A DNA stretch of 64,000 nucleotides from a bacterium (GTDB taxonomy: Bacteria > Patescibacteriota > Microgenomatia > JAMCZE01). Below are positions 42,889 to 49,822 of the stretch, piece after piece. The translations under genes were made by a program, and so were the position numbers. Each line of letters opens with the position of its first letter. The stretch's first letter is position 1. The stretch lies in contig JAKBJL010000004.1 of the NCBI GenBank assembly GCA_021836035.1, positions 3,841 through 67,840 on the forward strand, written 5' to 3'. The notes beneath the pieces were generated by a model. That model saw only the letters and a list, made by a program, of their open reading frames with translations. It was not told the origin of the DNA and did no database searches.

Positions 42889-43432
42889 TCATGGTTGTTG
42901 GGTTTCTTTACCGGTTGGGGCAACCACAACTTCCACTGATTTTACAGGAAAATTGAAAACTGATTCTGAAAGTTGTTTAAATATTTTCAAAGCAACAAGA
43001 CATTCTCTACCACCGAAAGAAGTCCCAAAATATTTACACCAGCAGGATAATTTCCCGCCAAATAATCTGCCATACATCTTCATCGCTAATCAATAACATC
43101 ACTTAATTGAGATCACCCTACTGTTATTAAGGTATCATTAGTCCTTTCCACTAATTTAGCTCCGCGATCTTTAAGGAACATATTTGTATATTGATTCTTA
43201 AAGCCGGCTAGTGTGACCAATGCCTCTGGTTGACCGGGGTTTGCTAAATGTATCTCTGGGAAAATGTCTGGAATTTCTGTAAGTACTGGGTATTTGTCTA
43301 AAAATGGTTTTGTGAGCTTCCCAGCAACAAGTTTTTCCTTTCAAAACTTAAATTTATTGGGGTAGATTCTGGAGTTATTGGTGTAGTTGATAAGACTCTT
43401 TTTTCTTCCAGCGCGTATGTAAATAATATCAT
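42889..43432 (-). pseudogene. Degraded coding sequence
   Basis: Protein-like fragments in shifting frames (e.g. EKLVAGKLTKPFLDKYPVLTEIPDIFPEIHLANPGQPEALVTLAGFKNQY...) broken by stops. Confidence 0.4.
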
Positions 43433-43633
43433 GAAATGGATGTTGATTACCTGATAATTGCAAAGTAAATTTTTATTGGAGCCAGTTTTTTAGGGATCGC
43501 TTTTTTGATAGCGCGCTTGTCAGTGAGGAGCGATCCAAACTGGTTACAACAGACGAGCCATTTAATTTGTAGAAAGTTCTTAAATATTTTTGCGTTTTTC
43601 TTCTTCGTCCGTCGGTGACCAATAGGGAATTAA

Positions 43634-44509
43634 TTACTTGGTTTTATTTTTATTGAAAAACTTTTGCTGTGCAGTATAGATATTGACCCAATCTAGCGAA
43701 GATCTTGTTTTAAGAGATTTTATTGTGCCCATATTATCGATTTTAGCGTAAACCTCCAATAGTACAGGATTTTGAAGCGGATTTTTTTTATCTACCTGAT
43801 CGAAGAAAATTACAGGGAATTGCCCATTAAGAACATTACTCCCGGGTTTAAGAGTTATTAAAATATTATTTTCGCTGTCAAGAGAAATTTGATCCCATGA
43901 CTGTGGTTGTTCGGGTGCATCAAACCCCAGCGAGATTCTTAAGGGTATGTTTTCAAAAGTTTTATTAGTTAGGTTATTAATCTCAATTTTATACTCGTAG
44001 TTATAGAGATAGGGGTTTGAGCCAGGATATTCTGGATTTCCGACTACATTATTAACCAAGTTAACTTTTTCCGATAAAATAGAGACTTTTACCGAGAAAG
44101 ATTGGAAAGCCTGATTAACTTTCGTTTGGGTATACCAAGGGACAAAAACTGTTAATGTCTGCGTCGCGGGGGCTATTAAAATTAAGGGAATAATAATAAT
44201 TAAAATTAGATGAAGTCGATAAAGATTTAACAGCCTTTCAGTTGCTTTATAAGCAATTAAGGAAATAAAAAACATCGGTATTGGCAGTGCAAACTGCAAA
44301 CCATATAACATAATTCCACCTAATTCTAGGTTGGGGTGTGCAAGTCCATAAAAAGTTGGCCAAAGGGAAATAAATAAACAAATTAAACTAATTACTAGGA
44401 GTATTAAGAGGGCACGATATTTACCTTCAATATCGGGGAGCTTCATTAAATTTAGTATTGCATACCCGTGAACATAAGTAAATATAAAAATATCACTTGA
44501 AACAAACAT
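43634..44509 (-). CDS. Hypothetical membrane protein (about 3 TM + extracellular beta domain)
   Basis: Hydrophobic N-terminal half; likely start MKLPDIE; AT-rich. Confidence 0.7.
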   Translation of the reverse strand: MFVSSDIFIFTYVHGYAILNLMKLPDIEGKYRALLILLVISLICLFISLWPTFYGLAHPNLELGGIMLYGLQFALPIPMFFISLIAYKATERLLNLYRLHLILIIIIPLILIAPATQTLTVFVPWYTQTKVNQAFQSFSVKVSILSEKVNLVNNVVGNPEYPGSNPYLYNYEYKIEINNLTNKTFENIPLRISLGFDAPEQPQSWDQISLDSENNILITLKPGSNVLNGQFPVIFFDQVDKKNPLQNPVLLEVYAKIDNMGTIKSLKTRSSLDWVNIYTAQQKFFNKNKTK

Positions 44510-44671
44510 TCATATATTTCAAATCTCGAATTTGTCAAACCAAGGAAAAATAGAAGCTGAATTGTGGCTCTCTACCCTATGTGAGCCACCTGTCCCGTGC
44601 TTGGAACCCCCTTTTTGAAAGTTTAATCCGGGTTTCCGTAAAATTAACGGTACTTAGTTTAAAGAACTGAA

Positions 44672-45823
44672 TTACTTTTCTATCAAATTATTGATTTCTT
44701 TAAGGTAATTTAGAGTAGTTATTACAGAAGTAGTATGCGGCAATGGGAAAATTTCTTGAGTTTTTCCATCTTTTGATTTTATTTCTACTGCTTGGTATTG
44801 CTTTTTGTAATTTTCAACAACTAGGTCTATTTCCTTTCCACCATATTCCCTGTAAAAGTAAAAGTTTAGTTTGGCGTCCTGTATTTTTCTTTCCTTTTCC
44901 AATTCTGAAATAATTAAGTTTTCAAATACTCCTCCCTTATCTTGCCGGAGCTCTAAATCTCGAAAATCTTGAATAAGTACGTTTCGGATTCCCAAATCGT
45001 AAAAATAAAACTTTCGATTTTCTGATACAGCTTTTCTTAAATTAGTTTTGAATGAGGGAAGGGCGATCAGAATATAGTTTTTAATAAAAATTTCGATATA
45101 ATTTGAAACGGTAGTTACGTTAGCATTAAGAGACTCGGCAATTTCTCGAATAGAAACTTCTGATCCAAGCTGAAGAGCAATTTTAGTCAAAATATCTTTT
45201 GCGAGCTTGGCATTTTTTAGGTCATAAATATCTATAATATCTTTAAGTACGTAGGCGTCAAGCACAGTCTGTAAAAGATCAATTTTATCTTTGTCCGAAA
45301 GTTTGGAATTGGCGTAAACTTCTGGATATGAACCAAATATTTGCAGATTTTTTGCTAATTTTTGGCTAAATTCTTTTAGCTCAGAATTTTTAGGTTTTTC
45401 GTAATTTTGAATTTCGTAAATTGATAGTGGTAAACAAAAAAGTTCCCGGTATCTTCCTGCCAATGTATCAAACTCTTTAGATGATTTTTGACGAAGTTCT
45501 GAGCTTCCGGTTGCAATTATTTTAACTTTAAACTCATCGTAAAGAATTTTGAGAACGACAGTTACTTCCGGATAGTTCTGTACTTCATCAATAAGAATCA
45601 CATTATTATCCTTGACTAATGCTTCCAGTTCTTCTTTTTGCGGAATGAATTTCTCTCGATCGGACTGTAAATCAAAATTAAATTTTTGTACTTTTAGCTC
45701 TTGGGATATTTTGTTAATTATGGTAGTTTTCCCAGACCGCCTTGGACCCCAAATGAAAAAAATTTTATTATCGGAACTAGCTAGATATTTAGTTATTTCT
45801 GTTTGAATAGTACGATGAATCAT
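44672..45823 (-). CDS. AAA+ ATPase (AAA_14 + DUF4143) with C-terminal PD-(D/E)xK-like domain
   Basis: GPRRSGKTT, LIDEVQ, ATGSS, LAGR, KFYFYDLGIRN, GVFEN, EIDLV...EIK. Confidence 0.9.
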   Translation of the reverse strand: MIHRTIQTEITKYLASSDNKIFFIWGPRRSGKTTIINKISQELKVQKFNFDLQSDREKFIPQKEELEALVKDNNVILIDEVQNYPEVTVVLKILYDEFKVKIIATGSSELRQKSSKEFDTLAGRYRELFCLPLSIYEIQNYEKPKNSELKEFSQKLAKNLQIFGSYPEVYANSKLSDKDKIDLLQTVLDAYVLKDIIDIYDLKNAKLAKDILTKIALQLGSEVSIREIAESLNANVTTVSNYIEIFIKNYILIALPSFKTNLRKAVSENRKFYFYDLGIRNVLIQDFRDLELRQDKGGVFENLIISELEKERKIQDAKLNFYFYREYGGKEIDLVVENYKKQYQAVEIKSKDGKTQEIFPLPHTTSVITTLNYLKEINNLIEK

Positions 45824-45990
45824 ACCCTTATTTTACTATTATATTGTATATTGTCAATATACATTTTAATATCATTTTGTATACTGTAGACTGGAATTCA
45901 AGTTTAAGTTACTCAAGGCAGATGGGATTCGAGCCCTTCCAGCTTCAAAACTAGAAGGATATCGGGAAATTTTGGTTTTCTAAGCTTGTG

Positions 45991-46064
45991 TGAGCCGCCA
46001 GGGAATCGAACCCTGAACCTACTCCTTAAGAGGGAGTTGCTCTAGCCAATTGAGCTAGCGGCCC
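45991..46064 (-). tRNA. tRNA-Lys(CTT)
   Basis: GGGCCGC/GCGGCTC acceptor, ACTCC-CTCTTAA-GGAGT anticodon arm, GGTTCGATTCC; extended -10 TGGTATAAT just upstream. Confidence 0.96.
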
Positions 46065-46106
46065 TGATTTAGCAAATTATACCATCTGCTAAGCCCCCTT
46101 TCAGGT

Positions 46107-47450
46107 TTAACCTATTTTAACTTTAACTTTTCTATTCCTTTGAAGGAGAATATCAACAATCATTCTTATTTGGGGATTAGAGGAATTATTTTTAACGAAT
46201 TCTATTCTCTGTTTACGCTGCAATTCCTTACTCTTTTTTATATGCTTAATTAAAACTTTCCTATCGGGGATTGGTATATCCAGATTATAAGGATCGGGAT
46301 CGTTAAAGAAGCGGGAATAATGGATTGTAGCCACTCCCCTATCTTCAGGCTTAATTGGCAATGCAAAAACTTTACCCGAGGTATAATGGTGATGAATATA
46401 ATCGATGATTCCCCCGCTGGCTAAAATTAAACCCATCTCCTCGGCAGCTTCTTTCTCACTGATTTCCAGGAATTTAGCTACCCTCATAGCTCTGACGGCC
46501 AAGGTCGGATCAAGCTCGCCTGTTTCCGGTTGGGAAATATTGCGGAATAACTTTTTTATCACCGTGTTTTCCACAAATTTATCAGAAGCTAACTTAATGG
46601 GCATTAACTCGTAAGCCATTTGCAGACTATGCGAGTCATAAACCTCCGTTATGTTTAAGCGCGCCCCGGCGCTTGTTTCTTTCCATTCCTTGATATTCCT
46701 GGGAATAGGTTCTCCGTAATCATAGGCAAGTTTTTGAGCTGAGAGCAGGCTATGAACACCTTGATAATGCTGGCGGAAAAAACGATAACAGAGTCTGGGC
46801 ATTAATCCGCCCACAATAGCTTCGCGATAAATGATTAATTTTCCTTTTTGGCCCCCCGCGGCCCTTTGTATATCCTTTAGCAAATATTGATAATTTACCT
46901 TTAAACCGATGTCGGAATATAAACTACCATGTTTATCTTTTAATTTTTTCTCTTTTCTTGCTCGGGCAGAAGCTTTTTCCAATGAGGTCTCTCTGATCCG
47001 GACATATTTTCTTACCCCCCGAAGCTCAAGCTCTTTTTCCAAAGCTTTACGTATTAACCTTTTAGTCCTGGTTTTTCCCGAATTAGGATTGCCTTCTAAA
47101 CCGATAAAATAAATGTTACCCCGGTCGTTGGCCTTTCTTCCTGCAGGTTTCTGGGAAATAAACGGTGAGTCACCAGAACAAAGATCTTCATATAGTTTAA
47201 GGTCCGTAGGACGGCCCCTTAATACACCATTGATTATTGCTGCAGAAACACCTACGGTTTCATTAATAATTACCAATGTTTTAGGCCATTTATTTTTATA
47301 AGCTTTGAGGGCATCTTTGGCTACTGCAGCAACGATTTTTTTAGTTTCCCACCAGAGGTTTTCTTCAGCTGGTATGGTCCAATATTTTTCTAAAGCCTGC
47401 TCGTAGTTGGTTTTTACTGAGTCCGGTTTCCTTTCCTTTGGAGAGGTCAT
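46107..47450 (-). CDS. Hypothetical P-loop protein (nucleotide-kinase-like)
   Basis: FIGLEGNPNSGKT Walker A in a dTMP/dNK-kinase-like context; rest unrecognised; ATGA-coupled to the upstream kinase gene. Confidence 0.65.
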   Translation of the reverse strand: MTSPKERKPDSVKTNYEQALEKYWTIPAEENLWWETKKIVAAVAKDALKAYKNKWPKTLVIINETVGVSAAIINGVLRGRPTDLKLYEDLCSGDSPFISQKPAGRKANDRGNIYFIGLEGNPNSGKTRTKRLIRKALEKELELRGVRKYVRIRETSLEKASARARKEKKLKDKHGSLYSDIGLKVNYQYLLKDIQRAAGGQKGKLIIYREAIVGGLMPRLCYRFFRQHYQGVHSLLSAQKLAYDYGEPIPRNIKEWKETSAGARLNITEVYDSHSLQMAYELMPIKLASDKFVENTVIKKLFRNISQPETGELDPTLAVRAMRVAKFLEISEKEAAEEMGLILASGGIIDYIHHHYTSGKVFALPIKPEDRGVATIHYSRFFNDPDPYNLDIPIPDRKVLIKHIKKSKELQRKQRIEFVKNNSSNPQIRMIVDILLQRNRKVKVKIG

Positions 47451-48670
47451 GTTATTTTCCTGGGCAGACAGACGGTGACCCGGGTTCCCCGATTAATTTT
47501 CGAATCAATAACGATTGTTCCTTCATGAGCCTCGATAATTTTTTTAGACAGATATAAACCTAGACCTAATCCTTCTCTGGTTTCCTGAGGCGGGCGATAG
47601 AATTCTTCAAAAACGTGAGGGAGATCTTCTTTGTTGATACCCTTTCCTTTATCAATGACCTCCAGTTTCAAAACTTGGGTTGAAGAAATAATCAGGAGGG
47701 TTACCTGTGCGCCTAGTGGGGAGTATTTGACGGCGTTATTCAGAAGGTTAATAACCACCTGCATCAATTTATCCCGATCGCCGTAAATATTGCCGATATG
47801 ATCTTTAGTCTGTTCCTTAACGATTATTTTGTAATCGGGGTGAAGTTGTTTGACATCAAGCACGGCTTGGTAGACAGCATCCCGGAAAGGAAAGTTTTGG
47901 AAATTGAAGTGCAGCTTGCCGCTTTTTATTTGGTTAAGCTGCAGCAGTTCACCGATCAAGCGGGACATTCGATCTACATCGTTAACAAGCTGCCGGGACC
48001 AGGTAATCGGGGGTGTTTCCCCGATGGAGACTTTATCATAGATTAATTGACTGAATCCCTTGATTGCAGTCATCGGGGTTTTTAGTTCATGAGAGGCCAT
48101 GGAAATAAACAAATCACGGGTATCCAGAGCTTGTTTTATTTCCGCATATAATTGGGCTTTACGGATCGCTAATGTAGCGATAGACCCGAAAAGTACCAAC
48201 AAATTTACCTTTTCCCGCATCACGGTAGAGGACTGGTGTGAATCGGTAGACAATACTCCGAAAGGAATACCCTCGTTGACCAAGGGAATTAAAATAATAG
48301 ACTTGACCTTGGGGCTTTTTGCATCGGGATGAATTTTTTGAAAGTCGTCCGAAGGAATAATAATTGGTTTTCGGGTTCGTAAAGCCCTAAAAGTGTTACC
48401 ATGCATTCGGGGAGGAATTTGTCGCGATTTGGGAACCGTGGAATAAACACGATTAAATTTATTATGCTCGTAAAAAAAGATTGAACCGGAACGGGCTCCA
48501 GCGATTCTCACGGCCTCGTTAACTACGGTGGCATAGGTTTCCTCAAGATCCAGCGGAAATAATAATTTGACTGCCGACTGATAAATATTTATTAGTTCGT
48601 CGTCCTGCCGTCTCCGTAATTGGGGCGGTCGTCTTTTGGTTAAAATAGATAGGGAGTTTTTGCCCTCCAT
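47447..48670 (-). CDS. Cytoplasmic GAF-domain sensor histidine kinase
   Basis: GAF (SIILIPLV...GVL), SHELKTP H-box, NLLNNAVKY, DKGKGI, GLGLGL; no TM. Confidence 0.93.
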   Translation of the reverse strand: MEGKNSLSILTKRRPPQLRRRQDDELINIYQSAVKLLFPLDLEETYATVVNEAVRIAGARSGSIFFYEHNKFNRVYSTVPKSRQIPPRMHGNTFRALRTRKPIIIPSDDFQKIHPDAKSPKVKSIILIPLVNEGIPFGVLSTDSHQSSTVMREKVNLLVLFGSIATLAIRKAQLYAEIKQALDTRDLFISMASHELKTPMTAIKGFSQLIYDKVSIGETPPITWSRQLVNDVDRMSRLIGELLQLNQIKSGKLHFNFQNFPFRDAVYQAVLDVKQLHPDYKIIVKEQTKDHIGNIYGDRDKLMQVVINLLNNAVKYSPLGAQVTLLIISSTQVLKLEVIDKGKGINKEDLPHVFEEFYRPPQETREGLGLGLYLSKKIIEAHEGTIVIDSKINRGTRVTVCLPRKIT

Positions 48671-48747
48671 AGCAGCCTTATACTACTTTAATATGGGCAG
48701 ATCAACTTCAGCGGCAAATTGTAGGAACACTTAGAAAATCGGTTATT

Positions 48748-48789
48748 TGGCGCATCTGGCAGGAATCAAATTCGCATCTTCGGTTTCGA
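48748..48789 (-). pseudogene. Degenerate 3' half of a tRNA-Arg(TCG)-like gene
   Basis: TCG AA ACCGA AGAT GCGAA TTTGATT CCTGC CAGATGC G CCA: correct spacing, with mismatched T and acceptor stems. Confidence 0.6.
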
Positions 48790-48809
48790 CCCGCTCGCCA
48801 AAACTAATG

Positions 48810-48881
48810 TGCCTCCGAGAGGAATCGAACCTCTATCACTGGTTCCGAAGACCAGAGCTTTATCCGTTAAGCTACGGAGGC
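48810..48881 (-). tRNA. tRNA-Arg(TCG)
   Basis: GCCTCCG/CGGAGGC acceptor, CTGGT-CTTCGGA-ACCAG anticodon arm, AGAGG-TTCGATT-CCTCT. Confidence 0.96.
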
Positions 48882-48894
48882 TTAAGCGGGCGAG

Positions 48895-48927
48895 AGACCC
48901 GAGCTCTATCCGTTGAGCTACGGGCGC
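48895..48927 (-). pseudogene. 5' half (positions 1-33) of a second tRNA-Arg-like gene
   Basis: GCGCCCG TA GCTC AACGGATA GAGC T CGGGT CT with intact D arm; extended -10 TGnTAAAAT at 48944-48936. Confidence 0.8.
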
Positions 48928-49024
48928 ATAATGCTATTTTATCATTCTTTTGCGCTAAATTATGCTTTTATGATACAATCTGACCGTTTGACAACTGCCC
49001 GGTAGTTTTGTAATTATATGGAGG

Positions 49025-49615
49025 ATGAAAAGGCTGCTGCTCGTCTTGATTTTTACGGTGGGTAGCACCTCTTTGCTTTTTTTTAGCACCCTGCTGCTTA
49101 CTGTTACCGCCACAAAAAGTGCGGCATCGGTAGGTTTTGCGAGTCCTATTTCTGCTTCAGCGGTTAATTATCAACCATATAGCGCCGTACCCCAGGTTCT
49201 TGCCGCTTTTTCCGACGCTGAAATTAAAGACGCCGATGCCAGACCGACGATTATTGATAATTTTCTGAACCGCTACAAGTCACCCTTTAAAGGCTTAGGA
49301 CAATTTATTACCGATACGGCGGATAAATATCAAATTCCCTACAGCATGATCCCGGCAATTTCGCAGTGCGAATCCAATGTCGGCAAAGTCATCCCTCCTG
49401 ACAGTTTTAATGCTTGGGGTTATGGTATATACGGCGATACCGTTTTGCGTTTTAATAATTGGTTTGAAGCTATCGACCGGGTAAGCCGCGGTTTACGCGA
49501 GGATTACTATAGCCAGGGTTTGGATACGCCGCAAAAGATTATGACTAAATACACTCCCAGTTCCAACGGTTCCTGGGCCCAGTGTGTAGAAAAGGCCCTT
49601 TTAGAGCTCCAATAA
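49025..49615 (+). CDS. Secreted lysozyme-fold / glucosaminidase-like protein
   Basis: Signal/TM; ADKYQIP..MIPAISQCES, NAWGYG, KYTP pattern. Confidence 0.7.
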   Translation: MKRLLLVLIFTVGSTSLLFFSTLLLTVTATKSAASVGFASPISASAVNYQPYSAVPQVLAAFSDAEIKDADARPTIIDNFLNRYKSPFKGLGQFITDTADKYQIPYSMIPAISQCESNVGKVIPPDSFNAWGYGIYGDTVLRFNNWFEAIDRVSRGLREDYYSQGLDTPQKIMTKYTPSSNGSWAQCVEKALLELQ

Positions 49616-49618
49616 CCC

Positions 49619-49647
49619 TTGACAACCCTATAATCATTTGTTATAAT
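49619..49647 (+). promoter_or_regulatory. Perfect-consensus sigma70 promoter
   Basis: TTGACA-N17-TATAAT (with TG), with no annotated + strand gene downstream. Confidence 0.8.
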
Positions 49648-49822
49648 CCCTAACCAGATCCAGAGGTATGCTTCCCAAGGCTACGTCTGGGTTTTTTTAT
49701 GGCCGAGTTAGCGACCCAGAGCTTGCCGAGGGAGAGTTTTACTCAGCTAAAACCACCGATAATCGCAGCTCGCGGCATTTTCGAAGAGAAAGCGAAGCAG
49801 CAGCGAAATAAGATAAATTGGG

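Noticed and set aside
48790-48894. Group I intron in the outer tRNA-Arg
   Set aside because: Only 105 nt, mostly occupied by a tRNA; no catalytic core elements are visible.
48747-48983. 78-aa ORF (likewise 37456..37641 and 42373..42594)
   Set aside because: These overlap tRNA genes and are not protein-like.
49785-49805. GAAGCAGC resembling the SRP RNA domain IV motif
   Set aside because: The required upstream CAGG and GRAA tetraloop stem are absent.
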